Of a stretch of DNA of 64,000 nt, positions 12,283-25,605 are shown piece by piece. Below the pieces are notes generated by a model. That model was given only the letters and a program-made list of their open reading frames with translations. It was not told the DNA's origin and ran no database searches. Each line of letters begins with the position of its first letter. Position 1 is the first letter of the stretch. A program made the translations under genes and the position numbers. This DNA comes from Octopus vulgaris (Eukaryota): the NCBI GenBank assembly GCA_951406725.2, contig OX597814.1, forward strand, positions 194,246,001 to 194,310,000, given 5' to 3'.

Positions 12283-13159
12283 AAATGCATAAGCATAAGC
12301 GATTCGGTCATTTTGATAGACTTTCTCCGAAAGATCGCCTTAGTCCCCTTCTCGAAATTGTTTACCTTGTGCCAAAATTTGAAACCTATAATTATTGATA
12401 CTGCACAAAGCTCAGGTGAGGCCCACAAAATGAGGTTCTCTCACATTTGGGACGGTGCTGCTGCATACGCGAACCTTCCCCCAAGCCATAAATTCCACCG
12501 GTTTAGGAGAGCCTGCAAGTAGAAAATAAACTCTCCATAATTTGGGTTTCATTTGAGGAAGATTTAACTACTGTTTCTAACATATCGAACGACCAGATAG
12601 ATTCCCCCATTGGCTAAACCTCGATCGAGCTTAACCTATGATCAAAAGTCTTCCGGCTGTGTACATTCATTATTACTCATCTATTTCTACAATATCTGGT
12701 TCTATTGTTAAAGATAAAAGGTAAAAATTATGCAAGTGTTGAGTAATTGCGTGGGACAGAGACATAAGGCCAGCAGTTTTGAGGGAAGGGGGTTTTCATC
12801 GATTGAATCGACCGCAATACTTAAGACTGGTTGTTTATTTTGTCAACCGGGAGGGATAACCGGAAATGCATATTGAACAGTGACAGTGGTGAGTAATATT
12901 GTTGTATTGCTTCACTTATTGAAAACTAGCAGGCGTACCCGGCGTTTGTTCGAAAAGGCTATGAAACTAATAAAGCGATTAACACCTACTTCCTCCTTTA
13001 AACACCTTTCACGCTTTATGGCGAGACCAACACCTGAGTAATTCATAAAAGGAACCGCATGTGTAATATATTACAACAACAATCAAGTGAAAAAAATAAA
13101 GCAACAAAGATTATAACAGCAATAACGTAGGACTGAAATATGGCGCCAGTACGGCAAAT

Positions 13160-16100
13160 TTACAAAGCTTCCTTATAAAGAATATTTTTAGTGTTCCCCT
13201 GGGGGATGAAGGCATGTAGACTGTTCCTACAACCCACTCTTAAGCAGCCAACGTCCTGTTGACCGTGTGAAAAGCATGGTTCGGCTAAGTAAAGTCCAGC
13301 GACTGCCCCTGGGACTTATTAATGGACATGGCGTAACTGATTCTTATCGGAAACTGCATTCTGCGGAATGTGAACAGTAAGTCAGCAGTCGAAGGCAGAA
13401 GGGGAATTCGCGGTGGGAAGACGTCTTGACCTTTACCACAGACGGTCATAATCGTTGCTTCAATAACATTGGGAAGTAATTTTGTGATAACAAGGCGTGT
13501 ACCGTTGCACAGCGTTGGTGGATTTAAATTCCTTATCAGCATAACAAGGCTTCCTACTTTAAGAGTAAGAATATGTTGAGGTACACCTGAAGGCTCTAAG
13601 GAATTCAAAAATTCAGTGAGATAATTAACTACCTCATCCTGATTGGGAATGGTGTCTACTGACTTATAGACTGTCACGTCCCCAGGCAAACGCAGTAAGA
13701 GGCTGTTGTTGATTGCACTGACCGCGACGTTTTTAGGAGCCAAAATGGCTCTTTTGGCAAAGCCAATCTAGATCTCTGTTGTGGACTTCTAGGCCTGGGA
13801 AGACCTTGTCCTGAAGACTCTGGATAGTTCTGGCTATTGTGCAAATGTTACTTATGTCAGCATCTTCATTTCAGTCTTCTGGAACTTCACCATTGCCAAG
13901 AAGCAGAATGTCCCTTGCGAAATCTTCTGACAATGGATCCTCATGGAGGCGCGCTCTCGTGTTGGATTCTAACTTTAAACTAACAATATGACCCCATAGA
14001 GATGAAGACTTAAGACACGCCATTACTTCATCCGCCCTTGTGCCTTTCGGAATCACTGGCAAGGTTTATCTAAAGTCCCCAGATAGCAAGACAGTGACAC
14101 CCTACCATCGGTTCGTGGATTGCATTTTTGTCTCACAAAGTTCTATCTAATGCCTCAAGGGGACCCTTGTGAGCCATTGTGCATTCATCCCAAACAATCA
14201 GGTGGCATTGTGCGAGTAATTGCCCGTTGTCTGACGTGTTTGAAATGTTGCAAACAGGCGTTGGTGATCTTGCGAGGTTAAGGAGAAGCTTAAATGTAGT
14301 CCTACCAACAGGGAGCAGAGTAGCAGCTATGCCCGAAGTTTCCACAGTTATTGCGATGCACTTTTGTAAGCCTTACTTTTGCATGAACAAGTGAGTTACG
14401 AACGTTTTGCCTGTCCCGCCAGGAGCGTTAAGGAAGAAAACGCCACCTTTACGACCCTGGACTTGCTGAACGATAGTGTCGTAGGTGTGCTTCTGGTCAG
14501 GTAGCAGGAGCGCCTCATTGATCTGTACATACGCGGATAGTTCAGTAATGTCGTAAGATGTTTCCGAACAATCTCAGAAGGGAGATTATTTAAGGTAGTC
14601 CTTGCAGCGGGTGGGGGGAGCATGTAAGTGGTCATTACATCACCATCTAAAGCTAAAGTCTTGTTTTCAATGTCAATCAGCGCTAGGTTGTATATTGTAT
14701 CGGTGAAACCTATGTTTAAAGTAGGGAATCGAAGCCGAGTGGCTCGCCTAAAGTCCTCAGACAGTTCATTCCTAAACTGAAGCCAGAAAGAATACGGACT
14801 ACTGTGTGCTGCACAATTGTGCAGTATGACAGCAAAAAGTGTTCTAAGGCTTCCAGGCGATTTGGATACACAAGCTTCTGATAAGCAGACGTGTCACTGC
14901 CCATCGTCTTCAAGAAGACGGCGCTGTTGACATGCCTCCTTGTATGTGGAAAAAACGTTTTCATCCACAGTCCTTAAATCCTGAAAGCAAGTTGGGCCTG
15001 TTACTTCGTGTAGAAGACGGAGATGAAAACACTCGGTCTGATTTGGGTGCACTGTGTATATTTCTTTATTGCCCACAAGGGGACAAACAAGGACAAAGGG
15101 ATTAAGTCGATTACATCGACCCCAGTAACTGGTACTTTATTTATCGACCCCGAAAGGATGAAAGGCAAAGTCGGTCTCGGCGGAATTTGAACTCAGAACG
15201 TAAGCATTTCGCCCGGCGTGCTAACGATTCAGCCGTCTCGCTGCCTTTGGGTGCACTGTATAAACGCGCCCAAGGCAATCATCGAACTTAAAGCCTTCAT
15301 GCTCTTCAACAGTTTTACCTGTCTTCCTTCTCCTCCACGTCTTGTTGTTCCAGGTGTAGTAGGATGGAACTTGTGGGTAAAGGAGTGTCCGTGCAAAAGG
15401 ATCAACCTGACAAAGTTTAAAAAACGCAGTAAGCGTAGTATCTGATAGAGCCTGTGCTACATTGAAATACACTCTTTGGCCGTTTTCCAGATGAACAGGA
15501 AGCTGAACAAGGGCAGGATACCTTTCGTGTATTGAAAAACCGAAAATACGCCAAAACGCTTCATTGCTGCTTATGTACCGTGCAGTCTGGTATTGCGTTA
15601 CTTCATCTTGTTGGCTGAAGCCTTGGAGGCTAAACATGGCGGCATCGGACCCTTTGTTGACGTATTTACAGACATATTTGATTGACTTGATGGAATTGCA
15701 AAATTCAATGTTGACATGCGCTTTGAAAGAAGCGGACAGTAATTGTCAACTTCGAATTTCCCTCTGGTTAAGGTTAAGCCTCCGCCGAATGGCTTCCTAC
15801 GCCTATACAGTGGGTACCCATCTTGAGCTGTTTGAGTCTGGGACACGAATTTTGGGGGATAATTCTTAGAGCATACACCATTTATCAAGCAATTTTACCT
15901 TGTGTAGGCAGGCCCACAAGGGCCATGGACCATATTAGACTTCACTATGTTATGGAGTTCACTATCAACGCCCGGGTCAGGTATTTCAGCGGAAATTAGC
16001 CTGTCTATGTCATTTGCATTTATTTTCTGACTTAACCACAGAAGTGTGTGTACGTGTGGCATGCCACTCAACTGTGAAACATGAAGCTTTTAACAATGAT

Positions 16101-16470
16101 CAAATATTTGGTCGTTGGTGAGGAGGTGCTTGAATTTAAGTAGTATAAGTCTAAAAACTCTCGCAATGACATTAGGCCTATCATGGGCTTGTTTACCGGA
16201 CAGAAGATTCACTTGTATTTCATTCCACCTGGCATTACAAGCGAAGGTAATGAAAAGGTCGGACCCACCGTAGTGCCGAACGTAAATCATGGCGTCTTGC
16301 GTACGTTCGTGCATATATCGAGGACTACCTGTAAAGGAAGACGGAATTATGCACAATTGGCCTATCCTTCCAGGAGCAACATCATTATTGATGCTATCTC
16401 TGAGATGGATGTACTTTTCAGCCCATAGCTTAGCCTGATTGAATCATATGTATTGTAAGCGGTGAGACTC
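13160..16470 (-). pseudogene. Helitron RepHel (HUH Rep + PIF1 helicase) pseudogene
   Basis: Rep: PSSFTGSPRYM, DLFITFACN, PHVHTLLWL, KYVCKYVNKG. Helicase: NAPGGTGKT, IVWDECTMAHK, SGDFR, LCNGTRL, QFPIRISYAMSINKSQGQSL, FSHGQ. Many frameshifts and stops. Confidence 0.93.
15061..15245 (-). mobile_element. SINE family B inserted in Helitron ORF
   Basis: TSD tttgggtgcactgt at 15042-15055 and 15246-15259. Confidence 0.9.
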
Positions 16471-17073
16471 AATCTTAATGCATGGGAGTCATAGTTACTC
16501 CCGCCGTTCACCCGCGCCCAAATGTTATTCCTCCCGCCGTTTACCCGAACATTTTTTTCGAAATCAATTTATACTTAAAACCTCCCCAGACACATAAGCA
16601 ATGTGCATGTGAAGTTTAAGAAAAATCGGTTGATCTGTTTTGGCACAAAACGAAGACATACCGATACACACACACATTTTCAGTTTTAATATGTAAGATA
16701 TGAAAAATCTGTTGTTTCGTTCCCTTTTAAGGATGAAAATGTAATTTCAAATAAAATTACTTATATGCCACTTGAACTGAAAACCTCGAGAAAACGTTCA
16801 TAGACATATATCTTGGAAAATCTCGAAAGAGTTTCTTTAAAATTTGAAAAGTTTCTTTTCTTTAAAGAATGAAGACAACACACGTTTGTACTTTTATACT
16901 TTTACTGGCGAAGATTATTTAATTTGAAAACTATTGTTAGACAGTAAAAAGTTTGGAACTACTGCTACCACATTATTTTCATTATTTTGAGTATCCTGCA
17001 AAGAGCTTATTATCCGATACGTGCTCCCTGTGAGACGGTAGTTGTGTGCTTGAGGAAGATTTGAGTGCTATTT

Positions 17074-17306
17074 CTTATTTCTTTACTGCCCACAAGTTGC
17101 TACACACAGAGGGGACAAAAAAGGACAGACAAACGGATTAAGTCGATTATATCGACCCCAGTGCGTAACTGGTACTTATTTAATCGACCCCGAAAGGATG
17201 AAAGGCAAAGTCGACCTCGGCGGAATTTGAACTCAGAACGTAGCGGCAGACGAAATAGCGCTAAGCATTTCGCCCGGCGTGCTAACGATTCTGCCAGCTC
17301 ACCGCC
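17074..17306 (-). mobile_element. SINE family B
   Basis: Full monomer. Confidence 0.88.
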
Positions 17307-18352
17307 TTTCTTTCTTTCTTTTTTTCTCTCTCTCTATCTTTCTTTCTTTCTCTCTCTCTCTCTCTTTCTTTCTTTCTCTCTTTTTCTTTGTGCTATTTCT
17401 AAAAGCCGAATGACTCTTATGGAGACTTTTTTTCTTCACTTTTTGAGTGGTTGGGGGCGGTGAGTTATTATTGTTAGAAGTAAAGCGGCAGGAACAGTAA
17501 AATAGCTGTACCAAAACCGTTTTTATTTTGTTTTGTCTATTAACGTTTTGAGCTTTGTCCCTTCCCCCCGGGACTATTTCTAACTTTCAATCACTCATTG
17601 AGATTTTATCAAGTAGTTTCCATTAAAACAAAAAAAAAATTTAATTTCGTCGGTATTTTCTGATGCCACAGCGAAATTAGTTTGAAGTCTTTGGAAATAA
17701 AATATAAAGTAGAAAATATGGATTGCTGTGACGCGTGATTTTTGAAAAAGAAAATAAATCGGCAAGACTTCCTCTTGTACCCCCCCCCAAACACCCCTTT
17801 TTTTATTTAATTTTTTTTCTGCACAAACCCCATTTTCGGCTACGGAGAATATGAATCTGCAAAAAAAAAAAAAACAATTGGCAAAAATCGGCATTTTGAA
17901 ATTACCTCTCTCCTCCCCACTAAATTCTTCATTTTTAACTTTATTCAGAAAATTAAAAATAAAAAAATATGCGGTAAAATACGGAGATTATGATTCTGGA
18001 AAAAATTTCCAAAAACTTTTCTGGTTAGGGTTTTAGGGCTAGGCGCGAAACACTTTTTGCGCACTAGAAGGCATTAAATATTATCAGGAACATGTTTTAT
18101 ATCCGATGGATGGGCTTCATATGTGAGCTTCCACAACTTCTATTGCTCAGGAAGTTACCAACCATTAACCCAATTATGCTAATCCAAACGATGACAGCAT
18201 CTGTAGACAGATTATTATAGAAGGTCGATTGATGTTCGCCAAGGAAACTTAGGCATGAAATAAATTCACAAATCGTGTAAAATTATTCACGAATCTCATT
18301 TCAGTGCATCAATGACTAATTTTTCCCAGAAATGTGATTGCTTTATACAAAA

Positions 18353-18726
18353 CTAGAACTATGACCCGGCAACGCTGGGTCATAGTGCTAGTGCATGCAT
18401 ATACAGCTACGTGCGTGCGTGTGCACATACACGCGAGTACTGTCCAATTCTCCGACCAATCACATACAGCTAGCTGGCATTCAATTGGCGTATCAAGTTT
18501 CGGGCATTTTGATTGGGTTTTGGATAGAAAATTCACAAAAAAGTCACTTCTATTGATTTTTTTAAATGGCTTTGCGGGGTGACTGGGGAAATGTAAAGAT
18601 GTGCATGACCATCCTTGGACGGTTTTGAATGACCATAGAAAGTGCGAGTCCTCTAACTGAAAAATTGTGGATTTGTATAAAGGACACACACACAGACAGA
18701 CATTTTGCCGTTTATATAGAGAGAGA
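18353..18726 (-). mobile_element. Non-autonomous Helitron
   Basis: Minus-strand 5' TC(TC)nTATATAAACGGC as in 25747..26146. 3' hairpin ending CTAG|T. Confidence 0.75.
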
Positions 18727-18731
18727 TATAG

Positions 18732-18803
18732 ATGTTTTCGATCTAGTTTGGATTCTTTGCCATCAAATTTGATGGCAAAGAATTCAAACTAGATCGAAAA
18801 CAT
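18732..18803. repeat. 72 bp spacer-less palindrome
   Basis: 36 bp arms with one mismatch. Confidence 0.95.
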
Positions 18804-19204
18804 TTATATAAGTACGGTTTTCAAGTTACATTCGTTAAGTCAGTGTCATCATTTCCGGTTCGTATCGCAATTTACTTTTTTACGACGGTTAACTACATAT
18901 TAACCAAGAATTCGCCCCCTCCCCATCATTGGCCTGATAATCCCGAAAAAATGTAAAAGCAAAGTTGAAATCAGCAAGCGTTTGATTCTGTCAATTCGCC
19001 GTAAATTTTCAAAATCTTAATCTAGCTCTGACACCAAATTTATATACTGGAGTGGATTCATTCAGTTTCCATCCAATACATATTTGTGTCTTCTCACCAT
19101 TATATGACATTTATTAAATGCTGTGTAAACAATCGATATGCGATATTTGCCGCTACTTCTCAATACGTCTTACCTCGATTGATGAAGTGGAAAGACATTA
19201 CTAT

Positions 19205-19630
19205 TTAGCCCTCGGTTAACCCTGATCCAGCAGACCTATGAATGGAGGCGTTCCGGCTATGACCATCTGTCTTTTTGTGTATACCTCGAGCTACATTGTT
19301 CAATGTCTCCTTTTAAAGACAAAAGAAAGTGATTTGAGAGAAGTCCAGCTACTATTTCTAGCAGGTCGATCGACCACATATCTACCTCCCTCTTTCACTT
19401 CTAGATGGGTGATGAGGGTGATGCTGTATGAGACAACCGGTGCGTGACTGCTCGATCTGCTAAAAATAGCAACCATGTCTCCTTCAAATTATACCTTGCT
19501 GTGTAGACAGTGAAAGGAACACTGGATTAGGTTGTCCGAGGTACACTTAAGTCTAAAAAAAATGACGGATTGGTCACGGCCAAGATATCCTTAATCATAA
19601 GTCTGTTCCATTAAAGTCGTTTAGAATCTA
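19205..19630. mobile_element. Old foldback MITE-like repeat (gctatttctagcaggtcga family)
   Basis: Degenerate ~180 bp inverted arms. Single arms recur near 6270, 6490, 11100, 12560, 22130, 42710 and 55780. Confidence 0.55.
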
Positions 19631-20808
19631 AAACATTAACAGCAATAACTGATTTCTGTATCAGTTCCTGATTCAGATGTTTGTACTCCAAGCTCATGGC
19701 CAAAAGTACTTAAGATCAGTCATAACGATTAAGATATTTCAATTTAGGATAGCAATACACTGTATATGATTCAAGCAGGAACTGCACTGATAAACCTTTC
19801 TACAGACAGTACAAGGCCTGAAATTATGGGGGAGCGGGGCCTAGTCGATTAGATCACCCTCAATGCTCGACTGGTACTTATTTTATCGACCCTGAAACGA
19901 TGAAAGGTAAATTCGTCATCGGTGGCATTTGAACTCAGAACGTAAAGCCTGAAGAAATTGGCGCTAAGTATTTTGTCCAGCACGGTAACCATTCTGCCAG
20001 CTCTCCGCTTTAATAACTAAATTAATAATAATAATTCGCTTCTTAATTTCGGAAGAATACCAGAAATTTTTGAATGGAAGGGAATAGTCGATATCATTTA
20101 CCCCAGTACTTGATTCTTGAGATGAAAGGCCAAGTTTATCAGGCTGGAATTCGAACTCTGAACATAAAAGCATGTACTTATCTTGTCTGAGACTAACGAT
20201 TCTGTCAGTCTTCTGAATAATTGTCTCTGACTTTAGCAAAGGGCCAACAATTTTGAGAGAAGGGGTTTAGTCGATACCTCGACCACATAGTCTGGTACTT
20301 CATTTTATCGACCCCCAAAGGGATGAAAGGCAAAGCTGATCTCGGGTGGATTTGAACCTGGAACTGATACATGACATTTGAGCCAGAACTGATACATGAC
20401 ATTTTCAACTCGCCGCTCTGGTGGAATCCCTAATAACGATACTGTTTATTCGTGTGTAGAGACTGCTGTTTATTCCCTCCTAAGTTCGCATTTTGATTAA
20501 AGGCTTTCTAGTCTGGGCTTACAATATCTCATATAATCTCTGTTGTTAAAAAGAAGGTAAATATAGGTTACTGAATGTTTGACTGCTGTTTCTAGTAGAT
20601 TGATAATGGATAACATGTTTACGTTGTCATCTTGGTATTTCTTTCCTTCTTTTCTTTGTAAAAAAAATGATGTTAAATTATTCACAACCGAATTCCATTG
20701 GACGTAACTTCTAACTTGTCAAGTGTGACGATGTTTATTACTACTAAATGTGTGTTCAGTATTTCAATGAATATTGAAATATAATACTTGTAGTTAGTTG
20801 ATGTGTGA

Positions 20809-21145
20809 AGGCGCGTGGCTCAGTGGTTAGAGCGTCGAGCTTACGATCGTGAGGTTGTGAGCTCGAATCCCGGACCGGGCTGCGTGTTGTGTTCTTGAGC
20901 AAGACACTTTATTTCACGTTGCTCCAGTTCACTCAGCTGTAGAAATGAGTTGCGACGTCACAGGTGCCAAGTTGTATCGGCCTTTGCCTTTCCCTTGGAC
21001 AACATCGGTGACGTGGAGAGGGGAGGCCGGTATGCATGGGCGACTGCTGGTCTTCCATAAAAAACAACCTTGCCCAGTCTTGTGCCTTAGAGGGTAACTC
21101 TCTAGGTGCAAACCCATGGTCAGTGCCTGACCGAAGGAGGTCACC
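20809..21145 (+). mobile_element. tRNA-derived SINE family C
   Basis: A box tggctcagtggt, B-box-like gagctcgaatccc, core gtgttcttgagcaagacactt. Relatives at 22527, 38470, 50064 and 53565. Confidence 0.85.
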
Positions 21146-21637
21146 AGTTAGTTGATGTACTAATACCTTTCAAAAGGCGTTGCTTACTTCTATCGTGCGA
21201 TTTTCCTTTGATACATTGTAAAATAACTTTCTAACGGATGGGCATTATAAAATAATATTTTATGTAATTATATTTTCATTAACCAAAATGATTTCACGCC
21301 AAGCATTGTTTTCCTACGCTTAAATACAATATTTGAACAATTAAGCAGAAAATGTTAATATTTTTTCGTAAAATATCGAATAAGAAGCATAAGAAGACAA
21401 TCGTTCAGTAAAAGTCTATGGTGTCATGAGTGTGTGACTTTCTTTCATCTGCTCGACAAAGCTGTACGGTCGCATCCGCACTCAATCATGTATGATGTCA
21501 TGTACTAATACCGAAATATTACCCATAGGGATTTTCTTTTTAGAATAATTTTAAAGGGGTTTTTTTTTTTTGCCTATAGTTGTTCAAAGTGGCTAATTTT
21601 AATTGAAAAGCAAAAAAAACTTATTAAAATACTTCTA

Positions 21638-21727
21638 TACCTTGGGCAAGTGTCTTCTACTATAGACTCGGGCCGACCAAACCCATGTGAGTGGATTTGG
21701 TAGACGGAAACTGAAAGAATCCCGTCG

Positions 21728-21760
<33 letters not shown>

Positions 21761-21962
21761 ATGCTTGTGTGTCTGTGTTTGCCCCCAACATCGCTTGACA
21801 ACCGATGCTGGTGTGCTTACGTCCCCGTAACTTAGCGGCTCGACAAGAGAAACCGATAGAATAAGTACTAGGCTTACAAAGAATAAGTCCTGGGGTCGAT
21901 TTGCTCGACTAAAGGCGGTGCTCCAGCATTTCCGCAGTCAAATGACTGAAACAAATAAAAGC
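21638..21962 (+). mobile_element. SINE family A, 5' truncated
   Basis: Homology to 113..525. Confidence 0.88.
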
Positions 21963-24218
21963 ATAAAAAAAAAAGAATAAAAAAGCAAAAAGTGCTTCAA
22001 ATGTTGAAAATTGTATTTTTAAAAAAATACAAATTTAATTACCTAAAAAATGTTCCAGATATGTCTGTTATTTTATTGCGCTTAACTAGGGCGGCGTATT
22101 AAAAAGTTAGGATACAATAAGTTGTTTAACCCCAGTTCCTTCCTGATAAAGCAACTAGCGTTTAAAGCCAATTCAACTATAGCTATCCCGTCTTTTTGTA
22201 TCTAGAAACACATTGTTTAACGTGTCCTTCACTTACATAGTAAGACAGAGGTTTATAATTTTGAGGAAGATTTTGATTGAAGCATTTTAGAGCAACACAC
22301 ACAATGTCACGATTGTAATAGGAGTGGTGTTGAATACAATTTGTCTTGCTTTAGTAAGGAGTGGTCTAGCTTTCTTTTGAATGTGAAAAGGAAGTTTATA
22401 TAGCGAGTTGCTACTGCAACGAAGGTTCAGTTCTCAGGTGAAGCATTTTTTCACTTGATCATTGTCCAAGATATTTCCGAATGTTTTATTTCGTGTTTGA
22501 AATCATTATTTTGACAAATAGGAGAGGCACGTGGCATTGTGGTTAGGGTGGTGGACAGAGGTTGGACAGAACGTGAGATTGTGGTCTCGGTTCCTGGACT
22601 GGGCGACACGTCGTGTTCTTCTGCAAACATTTCATTCCACGTTGCTCCAGTCCACTCAGCTGGCAAAAATGAGTAAAGGAAAGACTTCTGCCCGTTTCCC
22701 GGTGGTTTTTTGGTGGGGACGGGTGGAAGTCTTGCCTGAGTAAATCCTGCGATGGACCGGCGTCCCGTCCGAGGCGGGGGTGCAATATATACGCCATGGA
22801 AACCAGGAAATTGGCTCTTATGAGTCTATAATATCCGAGAGTGAACTTTACTCTATACTCAGGGAAGATCGGGTGCTTCAGACTCGATCATAAACCAATT
22901 TCCAGCAATAAGGAGACAACGAAACTGGAAGTAAATAAAAGCGGTGCTCCAGCATGGCAGAAGTCCTACAACTGAAACCACTAAAAGAATAAAAGGAAGA
23001 ATTGCATGTGAGAGGTATCAGCTGTTAAATACCCGAGTCTTCAAAACGGGGCTTGGCATCTTTGTGGCTTTCGTCACTACTTGTCGAAATCTTAAAAAAA
23101 AATAAAGGTCTTAATGTGTCTTAATTGACACTGAATCTGAATTTGTTATTCATTTATTCCAGAAAAATTTTGCGAAAATGTTACAGGTATTCAAAGCTTG
23201 ATAATTTTCAGCCAATCAGAAAACGACATGTTCGCTGCCTCTTTCGTCATCAGTGTGGTGGAGTGGAGGGGAGGCACCGACATGTCATAACATTAAACTA
23301 GCTACGGTTAACAGTGAAAAACATTAAAACATTCGCGACCTTCCAACCAAGTATCTTTTCGGAGGGACACAGACACATTGCAGCCTCTCCAGTAATATTT
23401 CCCTCGCATTTTTTCCTCGTCACTGTTCTAAAAATTTTTCTATCGTTCTAGAATCGAATTCCTTCTGTTACGAAAACAATTATAGAACAGATGGCGGTTA
23501 CACTCCTTGTGCTCATGCGCAGCATCTTTGGTTACTATGGAAACGGAGTTCTTAGCAATCAGCTATGGAACACGTGGTGATTCTTTGCTTTGGTTACTAT
23601 GGAAACAGTTCTTCGCCGCGGTGATGTGTAAAATACTCGCTTCTGATTGGCTAAAATTCTCACATTTTAAAGGCTAATAACTTTTTGATTATGGATTTAT
23701 AAAGAGAATGGACTTCATTTTCATAATTAGTATACAAAACTTAATCCATATACCAAATTTAAAAACAACTGGAATAAAATTGCAGGCAGTGACGAAAACC
23801 ACAAAGGTCCTAGGGCTTGCTCACGAGTTGTTCCTAAATGGTCTGTGGTCGAGGTTTCTGTTACAAAAGCTTTAAAAAGTATTGCTCGTTGGATCTTTTC
23901 TGTTTTGCACATCAAATCCTATTGTTTTCAAAATTTCTTTTCCAGATTCAATTAGTTTTCATGTTAATTACGAAAATCTTAATCATTTTTCAGGGACGTA
24001 TAAAAACTAACGAAGTTACAAACTTGAAAGACAGGAATTTAAGGGGGAAAGATATTGGTTGGTTGTTCTCGTGCTCGTACAATAAATACACTTAAAATCA
24101 ATATTCGGTAACTTAATATTAAGCATTCTCGCCAAATCTTTAAGAAATATATTACGTCATATTACGACATGAGGGTTCTGAAATTCTTGCTCAACTATCT
24201 GTACAGGTGGTTTGTTTA

Positions 24219-24386
24219 GGCGCAGGAGTGGCTGTGTGGTAAGTAGCTCGCTTACCAACCACATGGTTCCGGGTTCAGTCCCACTGCGTGGCACCTTGGG
24301 CAAGTGTCTTCTACTATAGCCTCGGGCTGACCAAAGCCCTGTAAGCGGATTTGGTAGACGAAAACTGAAAGAAGCCCGTCGTATAC

Positions 24387-24433
<47 letters not shown>

Positions 24434-24645
24434 AGTGTGTGTCTGTGTTTGCTCCCCCCCCCCCAACATCGCTTAACAACCGATGCTGCTGGTGTGTTTA
24501 CGTCTCCTTAACTTAGCGGTTCGGCAAAAGAGACCGATAGAATAAGTACTAGGCTTACAAAGAATAAGTGCTGGGATCGATTTTCTCGACTAAAGGCGGT
24601 GCTCCAGCATGGCCGCAGTCAAATGACTGAACCGAGTAAAAGAGT
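24219..24645 (+). mobile_element. SINE family A, full length
   Basis: Head to tail intact. Confidence 0.9.
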
Positions 24646-24970
24646 GATAAAATGTTTGTTTGCTTTGGATATGATGAGCTCACTTCCTCTATCAAATCGG
24701 GATCACCTGTGTAGGGCGAACGGTATGCCACGTGTCGGATGTCGAAGCGACCAGGTCGATAGTGCTTTGTGAGGGGATTAGGTTAAACAGAAATTGTGAA
24801 AACTTGTTTAGAGAACCAGGTTCGATTCTTGGGTGTATCAACGCCACATTCTGACCATTTTGTGCATTTACTTGAATACAGTTTTGCAATCATCATTCAG
24901 ATCCTGTCTGAGAATAATTTAATCCTTTTCATTCTTAGAAATCCCAAAAAAAGAAGTTATAAGCATTGTC

Positions 24971-25180
24971 GGCGATCTTACAGTACAAGTACTATAACTG
25001 CCAATTATAAACCCACGTGGGTTTGTTTATATTTCTGAAGAAAAAAGATACCCTTTTCTCCCACCTCTAACCCTAACCCCCCCCCCCCATATAAAAAAAA
25101 AACTTTACGGAGAGTAACGATCTTCTTCAGATGTAAACAAACACACGTGGCAGTTATGGTACTTGTACCGAAAGATCACC
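24971..25180. mobile_element. MITE with ~75 bp TIRs and 8 bp TSD (Merlin/MULE-like)
   Basis: TSD gcattgtc at 24963-24970 and 25181-25188. Termini ggcgatctt / aagatcacc. Central ctaaccctaaccc. Confidence 0.82.
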
Positions 25181-25237
25181 GCATTGTCCTGTCTCCTCTT
25201 AACTAAGTCGTGTAAAAAGAAAATTAATGTAGCTATA

Positions 25238-25605
25238 AGCGCAGGCATGGCTGTGTGGTAAGAAGTTAGCTTCCCAACCATGTTATTTCAGGTGGTTCAG
25301 TCCCACCGCGCGGTACCTTGAGCAAGAGTCTTCTACTATAGCCTCGGGCCGACCAAAACCTTGTGAGTGGATTTGGTAGGCGGAAACTGAAAGGAATCCA
25401 TATTTGCGTGTGTTTGTTCCCCCACCATCGCTTGACAATCGATGCTGGTGTGTTTATGTCCCCTTAACGGTTCGGCAAAGAGACCGTTAGAATAAGTACT
25501 AGGCTTACAAAGAATGTCCTCGGGTCAATTTCTTCGACTATAATCCTTTAAGGCGGTGCTCCAGCATGGCCGCAGTCAAATGTCTGACACAAGTAAAAGA
25601 ATAAA
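25238..25605 (+). mobile_element. SINE family A, older copy
   Basis: Diverged homology. Confidence 0.85.

Larger units (their letters stand above)
12926..16698 (-). mobile_element. Helitron, internally deleted and decayed, with both termini
   Basis: On the minus strand: A|TCTTACATATTAAAACTG ... cgaacaaacgccgggtacgcctgCTAG|T, i.e. 5' TC, 3' CTAG, AT target. RepHel fragments lie inside. Confidence 0.9.

Noticed and set aside
8775-12428. Long ORFs of 133-201 aa (LSLS, HTHT, CVCV)
   Set aside because: Stop-free translations of microsatellites and pyrimidine tracts.
13160-16470. Functional host PIF1 helicase or domesticated gene
   Set aside because: Multiple frameshifts and stops, a SINE insertion, and Helitron termini.
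20809-20880. tRNA gene (also the heads of SINE A and B)
   Set aside because: A and B boxes are present, but the acceptor stem does not pair and the sequence continues into a multi-copy SINE body.
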